A DNA stretch of 64,000 nucleotides, taken from a virus. This document shows positions 1 to 9,795 of this stretch, in pieces. Below the pieces are notes generated by a model. It saw nothing but the letters and a program-made list of their open reading frames with translations, searched no databases and was not told the DNA's origin. The stretch covers positions 25,243 through 89,242 of the IMG/VR virus record IMGVR_UViG_3300022592_000003; one strand, written 5' to 3'. The translations under genes and the position numbers were made by a program. The number at the start of each line of letters is the position of its first letter. The stretch's first letter is position 1.

Positions 1-2
1 TT

Positions 3-1160
3 AGATCAAAACGATCTAAGCAAGTAAAGAAACTTACTAGTCCGGTTAGGTTTGCTCTTACCGGTACTCCAATTGAAAACGGTAAGCCTGAAGAACTCTA
101 CAGCATCATGCAGTTTGTAGACTCTAAGGTCTTAGGCCGCTTTGATTTGTTTGATCAAACATTTATTGTACGCAATCGCTTTGGCGGGGTAGAGCGTTAC
201 AGGAACATCCCTACGCTAGCTAAAACCCTATCAGATGCCTCTGTGCGTAAGCGCCAGCAGGATCCTGATGTCGCACCCTACCTTCCAGATACAATCTTTG
301 CAGAGCCAATCCTCGTTGAGTTTGATAGGGGTGGGGCAAAGCTATACAAGAGTATCGCCAATGAGATTCTTAAAGATCTAGACGAAGCGGTAGATAGTTT
401 TGGTACCTCGTTTGATTTGTTCTCCCACTACTCCGGTGAACAAAACGATGAAGTTGCCAATGCCTTGAAGGGCAAGATCATGTCAAAGCTTACTGCGTTG
501 CGTATGCTGTGTGACGCACCTGCGCTTCTTAAAACATCTGCTGGCAAATACCGGTTTAATTCTAAGTCCGGATCTAAGTACGTCAATGAATTAGACGAGG
601 CCGGCCGGCTTGATGATCTTAAGAGCTCTCCTAAAATGGATGCCTTATCTAGGTATGTCTCAGAGTTCTTAGATAGTTATGAGCAAAATAAAGTTGTTAT
701 CTTTACTAGCTATGTGCACATGGTGCAGCTTATAGGGCGAGAGCTGGAGAAGTACTCGCCTCAGATGTATACAGGGGAAATGAATGCTAAAGAAAAAGAA
801 GAAGCCAAAGTCACGTTTCAAACTGACCCAAGTTGTCGTATTCTTATTAGTAGTGACGCCGGTGGCTATGGGGTGGATCTGCCTCAGGCTAATCTCCTCA
901 TTAATTACGACCTTCCATGGAATGCCGGACTCGCACTTCAACGTAATGGACGAATCAGAAGAGCATCCAGCACATGGCCCTCAATCGTAATTCAGGACTT
1001 CCTTATGGACGGGTCCATTGAAGAACGCCAGCATGCTATGTTGGTTCAGAAGATGGCCGTAGCCAACGCCATCATTGATGGAGAAGGTATCAATACCGAA
1101 GGCGGGGTAAATCTTACTGCCGGCACGCTTAGGGCTTTCCTATCCCAGATTTCGGTATAA
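3..1160 (+). CDS. SNF2-family helicase, 5'-truncated by the window edge
   Basis: Frame is open from nt 3 (LTGTPIENGKPEELYSIM, motif III); C-terminal motifs SSDAGGYGVDL, NYDLPWN, QRNGRIRR. Confidence 0.92.
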   Translation, partial: RSKRSKQVKKLTSPVRFALTGTPIENGKPEELYSIMQFVDSKVLGRFDLFDQTFIVRNRFGGVERYRNIPTLAKTLSDASVRKRQQDPDVAPYLPDTIFAEPILVEFDRGGAKLYKSIANEILKDLDEAVDSFGTSFDLFSHYSGEQNDEVANALKGKIMSKLTALRMLCDAPALLKTSAGKYRFNSKSGSKYVNELDEAGRLDDLKSSPKMDALSRYVSEFLDSYEQNKVVIFTSYVHMVQLIGRELEKYSPQMYTGEMNAKEKEEAKVTFQTDPSCRILISSDAGGYGVDLPQANLLINYDLPWNAGLALQRNGRIRRASSTWPSIVIQDFLMDGSIEERQHAMLVQKMAVANAIIDGEGINTEGGVNLTAGTLRAFLSQISV

Positions 1161-1169
1161 ACTTATGTT

Positions 1170-1322
1170 ATGCCTAACGCACCTAAGACCCCGACCCGCA
1201 CTATCCGTGTCTCTAACGAGCTCTGGACAGCTGTGAAGGATAAGGCTGCCATCGAAGATCGCACCGTTACAGACGTAATTATCGAGGCCTTGAAGGCCTA
1301 CGTTGGCGATTTGCATTCTTAA
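1170..1322 (+). CDS. Ribbon-helix-helix DNA-binding protein (50 aa, not in ORF track)
   Basis: MPNAPKTPTRTIRVSNELWTAVKDKAAIEDRTVTDVIIEALKAYV fits the RHH/Arc pattern. Confidence 0.8.
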   Translation: MPNAPKTPTRTIRVSNELWTAVKDKAAIEDRTVTDVIIEALKAYVGDLHS

Positions 1323-1339
1323 GGATTACCCTATAGAAT
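1311..1339 (+). promoter_or_regulatory. Sigma-70-type promoter
   Basis: TTGCAT-N17-TAGAAT upstream of AGGAGG RBS and ATG 1356. Confidence 0.6.
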
Positions 1340-1355
1340 AATAACAGGAGGAAAG

Positions 1356-1790
1356 ATGCCAACTGTTATTGAACGCCCAGACCCACAAGACCCCGGCTTC
1401 ATGCCCAAGGTCTCAGAGTTTATATCCCTGCGTAGTCGCATTGACGACATGTCTAAGCAGCGTGACTCTATCAAAGCAGATCTCGCAGAATTAGTTGATA
1501 ACATCGGTGAGCCCGATGAAAAAGGAAACCTGTGGCTCCGTCTGCCCCACGAAGTAGACGGATTCACATCCTTACAGCGTCAGCGTAAAGTATCCCAATC
1601 TCTAGATGAAGAAGCCGCTACAGAGCTTCTTAAAGAGAAGGGTTTGTTTGATCGTTGCTTTACTATGATGCCAGTTCTTAAGGAAGACGAAGTAATGGCT
1701 TGTCTATACGAAGGCTTGATTACTGAAGAAGAAGTTGATAAGATGTTTCCAAAGAGAGTTTCATACGCATTTCTTACTAGCAAGGTTTAA
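1356..1790 (+). CDS. Hypothetical phage protein
   Basis: ORF with strong RBS in the replication block. Confidence 0.7.
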   Translation: MPTVIERPDPQDPGFMPKVSEFISLRSRIDDMSKQRDSIKADLAELVDNIGEPDEKGNLWLRLPHEVDGFTSLQRQRKVSQSLDEEAATELLKEKGLFDRCFTMMPVLKEDEVMACLYEGLITEEEVDKMFPKRVSYAFLTSKV

Positions 1791-1792
1791 TA

Positions 1793-2260
1793 ATGGAAGA
1801 TAAGGTAGATCAATTTTTTGGTGGGCTGGATGACTTCTATCCAGGCTCCAAGAAAAAGCGTCGTCCTGTAGATCCAAATGCTAAACCAAAGCCAGTAAAA
1901 GAAGAAGGTTCCTGGGATGCAAATCCACAGGTTAAAAAACTACCTAATGGAAAAACGGTAGAGCTTTACAGTGTTGGGTCATTGTGCCAAGCACTAGGAA
2001 GACCAGTAGTTACAGTTAGACTATGGGAACGTAAGGGTTATATTCCACGTGCACCTTACCGACTAAAGTCTATGATCGTAGATGGGGTACGTAAGCCAGG
2101 CTGGCGTATGTATTCCAAGGATATGATCGAGTCAACTATCAAGAGCTTCCAAGATCGGGGCCTCATTGGGGCACCGAGAGTTGATTGGAATCGCCATCCA
2201 ACTTTAGCTATTGAGTTAGCAGAGTCTTGGAAAACGATTCACGATCAAGAAACAAACTAA
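1793..2260 (+). CDS. MerR-like HTH DNA-binding protein
   Basis: YSVGSLCQALGRPVVTVRLWERKGYIP...WRMYS. Confidence 0.75.
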   Translation: MEDKVDQFFGGLDDFYPGSKKKRRPVDPNAKPKPVKEEGSWDANPQVKKLPNGKTVELYSVGSLCQALGRPVVTVRLWERKGYIPRAPYRLKSMIVDGVRKPGWRMYSKDMIESTIKSFQDRGLIGAPRVDWNRHPTLAIELAESWKTIHDQETN

Positions 2261-2320
2261 CTACCTATCGTACGGATTCGACAGAATCCCAGATATCAGC
2301 CAACTACCTAAGGAGACGCC

Positions 2321-3022
2321 ATGAGCGTATCACTCAAAGCAACAAAGGCACCAAACGTTGATTCCTACGGGTCAACTACACCAAACCAAGAAGAGTTGGA
2401 AGAACTCTTTACCCCTGAAGATGAGAACGAAGTCCCTGAGCACTCATCTGTAATTCAGTCAGGCTGGGGCGCAGCTAAGAAAGCTGTTGCTAAATCAACA
2501 AAGACCTTCGCTACGGATTTTCGTTTTGACGAAGATGTTCAACTCATTAAATTCATCTCTGATGAACCTATGGTGTTCATGCAGCACTGGATTAACCGTC
2601 CAGGTAAAAAGTCGTTCATCAGTATCGGTGAGGATGATCCACTGATTGCAGTAGGCAGTAAGCCAGACCAGAAGTTTGCGTTTACCATTCTTAATCTTTC
2701 TGATGAAGATCCACAACTCCAACTAATGGTTGTCGGGGTTCGTCTATGCGGTCAACTTGAGAAACTTGCTTCAAATACGAAGACAGGTCCACTCAACCGT
2801 CCTGACCTATACTGGGCAGTAAGCAAGACTGGTCAAGGCACCAAGACTTCTTACTCCGTCGTTCCTGTCAAGGAACGTGACCTCGCTGAGGAATGGGAAA
2901 TTGATCCTATTGCCGCTGCCGAGCTTATCAAAACAATGAAGCCACTTGGACCCGATGCTCTCCACACATCCACTAAGGCTGAACTTGCAGAGATTGCTCG
3001 TGAAATCGCAGCCGGTAACTAG
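2321..3022 (+). CDS. Probable single-stranded DNA-binding protein
   Basis: FMQHW...SKTGQGTKTSYSV pattern of gp32-like SSBs; lies directly before the polymerase. Confidence 0.6.
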   Translation: MSVSLKATKAPNVDSYGSTTPNQEELEELFTPEDENEVPEHSSVIQSGWGAAKKAVAKSTKTFATDFRFDEDVQLIKFISDEPMVFMQHWINRPGKKSFISIGEDDPLIAVGSKPDQKFAFTILNLSDEDPQLQLMVVGVRLCGQLEKLASNTKTGPLNRPDLYWAVSKTGQGTKTSYSVVPVKERDLAEEWEIDPIAAAELIKTMKPLGPDALHTSTKAELAEIAREIAAGN

Positions 3023-3038
3023 TCAAACCCATTAAGTT

Positions 3039-3075
3039 GAGGGGCCCGGTCTACCTCCTTTCTCACGGGCCCCTC
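3039..3075 (+). promoter_or_regulatory. GC-rich hairpin with anti-Shine-Dalgarno loop
   Basis: GAGGGGCCCG/CGGGCCCCTC stem, loop GTCTACCTCCTTTCTCA. Confidence 0.65.
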
Positions 3076-3094
3076 TTCTACCTAGAGGAGAGCA

Positions 3095-5071
3095 ATGAAT
3101 ATAATTACCAAGACAGAGCAACTAGAGGAACTTGTCGCATATTACTTGCAGCAGGAAGCCTTTGTATTTGACGTGGAAACTGTGGGCGACCACAGAGGAG
3201 ATCCACGTCAGAATATTGTCACTTGGATCGCATTGGCCACAGAAGGCCGTGTAGATGTTATTCCTATGGGTCACCCTAATGGAGACTACATACGCACAGA
3301 GTATCCATTGCTCCCCTCTGCACAAGATCGTATCATCAAGGGTTTGCCTATCCGTCCTTCAGACTACAGCAAGGATGAGCGCAAGGCAACAAAGATTTTT
3401 ACTGAGGCTCCTGAGCAGCTAACTCCAGGAGAAGTATTTAAGGCGCTAAAGCCTTTGTTCTTTAGTGATCTAACTAAGATCGGACATAACCTTAAGTTCG
3501 ACCTTCAGAGCGTTACCAAGTATATTGGTCAGCTCCCAGCGCAGCCGTACGCATGTACCCTTAACGCTGCGTTTATTCTTAATACGCAAGACCGTCTTAA
3601 CCTCGGTCTTGCTGACTGCTTGAAGCGTGAGTTTAACTATCACATGGTCAAGGGTGTAGGTAAAGAAGTAGAAGTCTATTCATTTGACGAGGTTGCAACC
3701 TACGCCGGATTAGATGCTGAGTGGACTTGGAACCTATGGAACAAGTACTCGGGCAAACTAGACGCCGATAACCTCCGTGGTCTCTTTAACCTAGAGATGG
3801 ACGTCTTAGATGTCATTTGCAACATGGAACTCCGTGGTGCAGACATTGACGTAGATCAACTAGGAAAGCTCAAGGCAAACCTAGAGATGCAGCTGGAGAC
3901 TACCAAGGCTAACATCTATAAGTTTGCTGGCAAAGCATTTAACATCAACAGCGTACCTGAGAAGCAGAAGCTTCTATTCTCTAAGAAGGCAGATGGTGGC
4001 CGAGGACTTCGTCCAAAGGTTTTCACACCGGCTGGAGAGAAGCGCATTGAGGCTGGCTCACAGCCTACCGTATCAGACTACTCAGTTGCTGAACCGGCGC
4101 TTAAGATGTTCGCCGGTAAGGACGCTTTAGTTGATGAGCTTCTTAGCTACTCTGACTTGAACAAGTTGCTTACCACCTATGTAGTGCCTTACCTTGGTGG
4201 CGACATTACTCGTACTCTTGCAGGCAAGTCTAAGACTGTTGCCAAGAAGAGCCTACTGCTCCGTGGTCGTATCCATACTGACTTCATTCAGTACGGTGCA
4301 GAGACTGGTCGCTTCTCAAGTCGTAACCCTAACTTGCAGAACGTTCCTAACCCACGTACTCCAAACGGTAAGGCTATTCGTAATCTATTCGTAGCTCCTG
4401 AGGGCAGCAAGCTGGTAGTAGCTGACTACTCCCAGATTGAGCCTCGTGTTCTTGCATCCTTTAGTGGTGACCGTATTATGTGTAACTCGTATAACGAGGG
4501 TGTAGATATTTACACAACAATCGGCAACACAGTTGGCGTAGATCGTTCTGCAGCTAAGACCTTAGTTCTTGCGATGATGTATGGTGTTGGTCCGGATAAG
4601 ATTGCCGACTCTATCGGCGTATCTGTTAACGAGGCTAGGAACCTATTGGATGCCTTTATGGCTAAGTTCCCATCGGTAGCAAAGTACAAGAAGCAGGTTA
4701 TCGCAGAGAGCCGCAGGCGTGGTCCTGTTCCCTACGCTTTGACCTATATGAACCGTCGTCGTTATATCCCTGATCTCAGGTCAAACGTCATGTGGCAACG
4801 CTCCAGAGCGGAACGTCAGGCGTTTAACACGGTAATCCAGGGCTCTTCGGCAGATCTCATAAAGCTTGCTATGATTAGGGCACACAAGATGATTCCGGAT
4901 GAGTCAAGTCTTATCCTAACTATTCACGACGAACTGGTAACTGTTACCCCAGATCATTTGGCTGAAGAAACAGCTGCTGCAATTCGTGAGGCTATGGAAG
5001 GTATTAAGGCTCTTAATATCCCAATGATCGCAGATGTAAAGACCGTACAACGGTGGGGAGAAGCCAAGTAA
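3095..5071 (+). CDS. polA: DNA polymerase family A with 3'-5' exonuclease
   Basis: FDVET and GHNLKFD exonuclease motifs; TGRFSSRNPNLQN, ADYSQIEPR, IQGSSAD, TIHDEL. Confidence 0.97.
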   Translation: MNIITKTEQLEELVAYYLQQEAFVFDVETVGDHRGDPRQNIVTWIALATEGRVDVIPMGHPNGDYIRTEYPLLPSAQDRIIKGLPIRPSDYSKDERKATKIFTEAPEQLTPGEVFKALKPLFFSDLTKIGHNLKFDLQSVTKYIGQLPAQPYACTLNAAFILNTQDRLNLGLADCLKREFNYHMVKGVGKEVEVYSFDEVATYAGLDAEWTWNLWNKYSGKLDADNLRGLFNLEMDVLDVICNMELRGADIDVDQLGKLKANLEMQLETTKANIYKFAGKAFNINSVPEKQKLLFSKKADGGRGLRPKVFTPAGEKRIEAGSQPTVSDYSVAEPALKMFAGKDALVDELLSYSDLNKLLTTYVVPYLGGDITRTLAGKSKTVAKKSLLLRGRIHTDFIQYGAETGRFSSRNPNLQNVPNPRTPNGKAIRNLFVAPEGSKLVVADYSQIEPRVLASFSGDRIMCNSYNEGVDIYTTIGNTVGVDRSAAKTLVLAMMYGVGPDKIADSIGVSVNEARNLLDAFMAKFPSVAKYKKQVIAESRRRGPVPYALTYMNRRRYIPDLRSNVMWQRSRAERQAFNTVIQGSSADLIKLAMIRAHKMIPDESSLILTIHDELVTVTPDHLAEETAAAIREAMEGIKALNIPMIADVKTVQRWGEAK

Positions 5072-5514
5072 TGTTTTGGAATAGACGTAAGAAGACGGTA
5101 GTAAAAAGGGTAGAGATCAAGTCTCTACCCCTACCAGTGTTGATTCGCCAGGTTATTTATGACACTATGCTCATGCCTGCAGAAGAGATTGCATACGCCA
5201 TGGGCTTGCCTCCTATATCCGACGATGTAGCTGAGATGGAAGAGCGTGAGAGTCAAAAGCGCTTAGAGAAGTTTTCTTCCTTAATTCCTTTCATAGATTC
5301 TCACTCAGATATTGCAGCCAAGATTGCCGCATCAGCATATCTAATTGAAGATGAGGACGAAGAAGACGGCGAACTAGGTAAGCTAGGTTTAGATGACATA
5401 GAACAGTTAACAAAGCTATTCCGACTGGTCTCTCTATCTTCTTCTATATCTTGTATCTCAACTTTATTTAATCTAGGACTAATCAAATCAATGGCGGTGG
5501 ATGATGAGCAGTAA
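5071..5514 (+). CDS. Hypothetical protein
   Basis: ATG overlaps the polymerase stop (TAATG). Confidence 0.7.
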   Translation: MFWNRRKKTVVKRVEIKSLPLPVLIRQVIYDTMLMPAEEIAYAMGLPPISDDVAEMEERESQKRLEKFSSLIPFIDSHSDIAAKIAASAYLIEDEDEEDGELGKLGLDDIEQLTKLFRLVSLSSSISCISTLFNLGLIKSMAVDDEQ

Positions 5515-5890
5515 CTGGTGGGCTAATAAGCTGGGTGGTACTCCAAACACTACACCAACTCCAGCAACAACTCCTCCTACAGGAAACGTATATAGGGCAA
5601 CTCCCGGTGCACCAAATACTCCGGTGAGCTATGACCCTAATCAAGATCAGTTAGTTACTAAGGCTATGAGTGCTAAGAACAGTGGCTACTGTCCAGCATG
5701 TAACTCAGGGAACTATATGTCTACCCCTGGTGGTGGACGTACCCGGTGTTACGACTGCGGATATCCGATTGTTCAGCAAGGCTCTGGTTTATCAGGTTCA
5801 GGAACCGGTAAGGGTCCTGTTACCGCAGCAAAACAAGTAGGACAAAGTGGCGGGTTTAATCCAAGCGTAATCGTAGATAGGATCGGGTAA
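5501..5890 (+). CDS. Zn-ribbon hypothetical protein
   Basis: CPACNSGNY...RCYDCGYP. Confidence 0.7.
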   Translation: MMSSNWWANKLGGTPNTTPTPATTPPTGNVYRATPGAPNTPVSYDPNQDQLVTKAMSAKNSGYCPACNSGNYMSTPGGGRTRCYDCGYPIVQQGSGLSGSGTGKGPVTAAKQVGQSGGFNPSVIVDRIG

Positions 5891-6951
5891 TGGCAGTAAT
5901 TAATTCGGATGCACTAAAGGTTGTAGCAAATATCAACAAGAAGCTTGGTGCAGGTACAGTTGTAACTGCTAACCAGGTAAACTTGCCGGATCGTATCCCA
6001 TCAGGCTCACTTACCCTAGACGTAGTTCTTGGTGGCGGTTGGCCTATGAACCGTTGGGTAGAGCTTGTAGGCGAAGCATCCCATGGTAAGACTGCAATTG
6101 CCCTACGCACTATCGCTGCTAACCAGGCAAAGAACCCAGAGTTCACCGCTGTGTGGATTGCTGCTGAGGACTTTGACCCTGAGTACGCAGAGCTTTGTGG
6201 CGTAGATACTGAGCGTGTAATTCTAGTTGAGACAAATAGCATGGAGGATGCTTTCGATGCCGTTATCCAGTTTATGGAAAGCAAGGCTGTGGACATGGTT
6301 GTTATTGATTCTTTGCCTGCCCTTGTTCCTTCAGCAGAAGATGAAAAGCATATGGAAGAATTCACGGTTGGCCGTGGAGCGTTAATCACTAACAAGTTCT
6401 TCCGTAAGGTTGCCTCTGCCACCAAGCGTGACTTGATTGAGTCAGAGCGTCCTATCCTTGGCATCATGATTAACCAGTACCGTATGAAGATCGGCGTCAT
6501 GCACGGCGATCCTCGTACAACTCCTGGTGGTCTTGGCAAGGACTATGCCTATAGCGTACGTTGCGAAGTAAAGCGTGACGACTGGCTAGAGGTTGGTACC
6601 GGTCAGGATAAGCGCCGTGTAGGCCAGACTATCCGTGTCCGTACTATTAAGAACAAGACCTACCCACCTCAGCAGACTGCCTACCTAGACTTCTACTTCT
6701 CAGAGGGTGGCCCTATTGACGCAGGTCAGTATGACACAGGTAAAGAGATTGTGGCTCTATCTATCCTTAATGGTATAGTAGACCGTCGTGGTGGTTGGAT
6801 GTACTACGGAGATCGTAAGTGGCAAGGTGCTCAGGCACTCATTGACTCACTCCGTGAAGAGATCGAACTACGTGAAGAAATTAGCAAGGCTGTTATGGAT
6901 ACTCTCAAGGTAGCTCCAGCACTAATGATGGAAGTACCGGATGAAGAGTGA
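5890..6951 (+). CDS. recA: RecA recombinase
   Basis: SGSLTLDVVLGGG, Walker A GEASHGKT, VVIDSL, INQYR, TTPGG. Confidence 0.95.
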   Translation: MAVINSDALKVVANINKKLGAGTVVTANQVNLPDRIPSGSLTLDVVLGGGWPMNRWVELVGEASHGKTAIALRTIAANQAKNPEFTAVWIAAEDFDPEYAELCGVDTERVILVETNSMEDAFDAVIQFMESKAVDMVVIDSLPALVPSAEDEKHMEEFTVGRGALITNKFFRKVASATKRDLIESERPILGIMINQYRMKIGVMHGDPRTTPGGLGKDYAYSVRCEVKRDDWLEVGTGQDKRRVGQTIRVRTIKNKTYPPQQTAYLDFYFSEGGPIDAGQYDTGKEIVALSILNGIVDRRGGWMYYGDRKWQGAQALIDSLREEIELREEISKAVMDTLKVAPALMMEVPDEE

Positions 6952-7267
6952 AGGACAGAAACAATCTCTAAAGCATGAGAAGCGCTTAGAGAAAGTAGCA
7001 GGCGGTAAGCGCAATGCCGCCTCCGGTGCATTTTGGTCTCGTAAGGGGGACGTCAGAAACGATTTATATCTTTTTGAGCATAAGTGGACAGGAAAGAAGT
7101 CTTTTAGTGTACAATCCTCAGTGTTAAAGAAAATAACCACTGAGGCCATCCTAGATAGCCGAGAGCCTGTATTGGCTTTTCATCTAGACGGGGAGGACTA
7201 CGTAATCATACAGGAGACCCACTTTCATGAGCTTACACGAACAGTCAACAGAATCCAAGAAGAGTAA
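6941..7267 (+). CDS. PD-(D/E)XK nuclease, Holliday junction resolvase-like
   Basis: SGA...KGDVR...FEHKWT motif. Confidence 0.65.
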   Translation: MKSEGQKQSLKHEKRLEKVAGGKRNAASGAFWSRKGDVRNDLYLFEHKWTGKKSFSVQSSVLKKITTEAILDSREPVLAFHLDGEDYVIIQETHFHELTRTVNRIQEE

Positions 7268-7727
7268 AGAATGTACTAAATGTAAAGTCGAGTTTCCTGC
7301 TACAAGAGAGTATTTCTCCCCTGCCAGGCGTGGGAAGTATGGCTTAACCCAGAGATGTAAAACTTGTGCAAATGCTCAGACTAAAGATTGGTATGAAAAT
7401 AAAGATGGTAGGTCATGGCATCTTAAAGACCAAAGCCAACGCAGGGCTGACCTTGCTAATTGGGTGGATACTTTTAAAGATGTTCCTTGTACAGACTGCG
7501 GTATTAACTATCCGCCTTATGTAATGGATTTTGATCACCTCCCTCAATTTGAAAAGTATTTTCCAATAGGGGTGTTAGTAAATAAACGAGTATCTAAGGA
7601 GATACTCTTAGAAGAAATAAAAAAGTGTGAAGTAGTCTGTGCTAATTGCCATAGGGAACGCACTAGGGTAAGGGGCCAATGGTCTGGTATACGGTATACT
7701 AATGCTGTGGGGGGCCATAAAGATTAG
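7227..7727 (+). CDS. HNH endonuclease
   Basis: CTDCG...DFDH...CEVVCANCHRERT; AT-richer than neighbours. Confidence 0.85.
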   Translation: MSLHEQSTESKKSKECTKCKVEFPATREYFSPARRGKYGLTQRCKTCANAQTKDWYENKDGRSWHLKDQSQRRADLANWVDTFKDVPCTDCGINYPPYVMDFDHLPQFEKYFPIGVLVNKRVSKEILLEEIKKCEVVCANCHRERTRVRGQWSGIRYTNAVGGHKD

Positions 7728-7736
7728 GATTAAATA

Positions 7737-8069
7737 GTGCGTTACAGCGATGACCCCAGCTGGACTTGGCGATATGAAGCTAAGTGTCAGGGAGAAGATA
7801 CGGAAATATTTTTCCCTCCACGAGATAAAGCTTTATACAAGCCCATAGCTGACAAGGCAAAGGCAATCTGTTGGGGCACAGATGGCCGACCTGAATGCCC
7901 GGTTAGACAAGCATGTCTAAAAGAGGCTATAATTAATAATGAGCTACACGGAATCTTTGGTGGTATGTCACACAGAGAACGCAATGCAGCTCAGCGCAAG
8001 TATGAGAAACAGGGGATCACTCTAGACGAGTGGTTGGAGAAAGAGGGCAGAAAGTATGGCAAAACCTAA
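7737..8069 (+). CDS. whiB: WhiB-family transcription factor
   Basis: AKC...FFP...AKAIC...CPVRQACL...HGIFGGMSHRER. Confidence 0.92.
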   Translation: MRYSDDPSWTWRYEAKCQGEDTEIFFPPRDKALYKPIADKAKAICWGTDGRPECPVRQACLKEAIINNELHGIFGGMSHRERNAAQRKYEKQGITLDEWLEKEGRKYGKT

Positions 8070-8919
8070 GACTATCGCCAGCAAAGACTTGAAGGCGTTC
8101 CTAAACACCAGTAAGCGAGAGACTCGTTTAATGGGTGCTGTGGAGCGCCATGTCTTATCTAAGCCCTTTGATGAGCGTGACATGAGTTACATTCATCCAT
8201 CAGATATTATCAAAGACGACTGGTGCGCTCTTGCCCAGTATCACGCTGTACTCGGTAACTATGTAGAGACTCGTGACAAGACCACAGCCCGCCTAGCATC
8301 TATCTTTGCAGAGGGCCACACTATCCACGCTAAGTGGCAAGACTGGTTTCAAGAGATGGGTGTTCTTTACGGCACCTGGAACTACAACGAAGAACATAAG
8401 ATTTGGGCTGTATCTAAAGACGTACCAGCTGATGCTAAGTACGCTGAAGTCCCACTTCGTAGCGATAAGCATATGATCCGTGGTCATGCTGACGGTTGGA
8501 TCAAAGGCCTAGGAGATGACTGCCTAATTGAAATCAAATCTATCGGCACCGGAACTCTACGCTTTGAAGCCCCTGCCATTCTCCAGCAAGCTAACGGAGA
8601 TATCGAGCAGGCTTGGAAGCAGATCAAAACACCTTTCCGTGTACACCAGCTACAGGGCCAGGTCTACCTACATCTTTGCCACCTAATGGTTGAAGAAGGC
8701 ATTCTAGATACTGCTCCTAAAGAGATCGTATTTATCTATGAGCTTAAAGCAAACCAGGATTATAAAGAGTTCGTAGTTAGCTACAACCCAGAATTTACTA
8801 AAGAGATCTTTGACAAGGCTCTAGATGTAGCGTGGGCTGCAGAGAATAAGCGACCGCCTCAGTGCAGCGTTAGTACTAAAGGCTGTAAGCGTTGTGAACC
8901 ATTTCAGGAGGCAAAATGA
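8056..8919 (+). CDS. Cas4/RecB-like exonuclease
   Basis: HPS...C, GHADG...LIEIKS, QGQVY, C-terminal Cys cluster. Confidence 0.8.
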   Translation: MAKPKTIASKDLKAFLNTSKRETRLMGAVERHVLSKPFDERDMSYIHPSDIIKDDWCALAQYHAVLGNYVETRDKTTARLASIFAEGHTIHAKWQDWFQEMGVLYGTWNYNEEHKIWAVSKDVPADAKYAEVPLRSDKHMIRGHADGWIKGLGDDCLIEIKSIGTGTLRFEAPAILQQANGDIEQAWKQIKTPFRVHQLQGQVYLHLCHLMVEEGILDTAPKEIVFIYELKANQDYKEFVVSYNPEFTKEIFDKALDVAWAAENKRPPQCSVSTKGCKRCEPFQEAK

Positions 8920-9236
8920 AAAGAGTAGTTAGGTCTGATGGCACCGTTACAGTGGATTTAGGCACAGCAACTTATGGAGCTGGTGGTTTCAGCTACCCTA
9001 GTGTTTCCCATCAAACTTATGGCGGTGGAGGTTCTAAGTTTGATGATGTTATGAAAAAGACGTCAAACCTTCTCTCTAGAGAAAAACCTGTGTATAAAGA
9101 AGAGCCTGTATACAGCGTAGAAGATCAGGCAGCAACAATTGAGAATCTTATCGCTGATTTCTTGCCGGATTCAGATAAAGATTTACCTCGTAAAATAGCT
9201 GTTGCGGTAGTAGAAGAACTAAGAAAGGGCATGTAA
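8916..9236 (+). CDS. Hypothetical protein
   Basis: AGGAGG RBS, overlapping start/stop coupling. Confidence 0.6.
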   Translation: MKRVVRSDGTVTVDLGTATYGAGGFSYPSVSHQTYGGGGSKFDDVMKKTSNLLSREKPVYKEEPVYSVEDQAATIENLIADFLPDSDKDLPRKIAVAVVEELRKGM

Positions 9237-9718
9237 TGTCTATATCTAGAGATGTGTTAGCCGCAGTTAACGAGCTCGGGTTCTCACTTACCCCAAAGCC
9301 TGAGGAAGATATTCCGGCACTACCTCGTGACATTACTGAGCTGGATGATGATGGTCTTATGGACTTGTTCGTACAGTTCACACAATGGAACGATCACCTA
9401 GCCGGTGCACAGGCTATCGCCATTATCAATGAGCGTGAAGCCCAGCGTGCACTAGACAACGCTGAGGCCAAGGCTATGCTTAAGCACTGGACCGGAGCTA
9501 AGGGTGATCGTGTTGCCCTAGTTAAGGCACAGATTGCTGATAGTCAGGACATCCAAGACCTACAACACGAGCTAGATGTTAAGTATGCTTTTAGAAAGCT
9601 TATTGAGACTCGTACTTCAAACGTAGAGCGTGACTCCCAGTTAGTGTCACGTGAGCTAACACGTCGTACTTCAGATGGTGGTGGCATGAGGGCAAGGACA
9701 AGGAGGTTCACAGCATGA
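9236..9718 (+). CDS. Helical hypothetical protein (possible recombination mediator)
   Basis: Coupled coiled-coil ORF; function is a guess from context. Confidence 0.6.
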   Translation: MSISRDVLAAVNELGFSLTPKPEEDIPALPRDITELDDDGLMDLFVQFTQWNDHLAGAQAIAIINEREAQRALDNAEAKAMLKHWTGAKGDRVALVKAQIADSQDIQDLQHELDVKYAFRKLIETRTSNVERDSQLVSRELTRRTSDGGGMRARTRRFTA

Positions 9719-9795
9719 AGCAAGTATTAGGCTTTCTTATGATTATTGTAGGAACATCCGTCGGCATGAGCATCTTCTTTGGGGGTAAGAAATGA
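9715..9795 (+). CDS. 26-aa single-TM peptide (not in ORF track)
   Basis: MKQVLGFLMIIVGTSVGMSIFFGGKK; AGGAGG RBS; ATGA overlaps at both ends. Confidence 0.6.
   Translation: MKQVLGFLMIIVGTSVGMSIFFGGKK

Noticed and set aside
5856-6539. 227-aa minus-strand ORF and similar antisense ORFs
   Set aside because: Shadows of well-supported genes such as recA.
8056-8919. Cas4-like gene suggesting a CRISPR locus
   Set aside because: No repeat-spacer array or other cas genes; solo Cas4-like nucleases are common in phage recombination modules.
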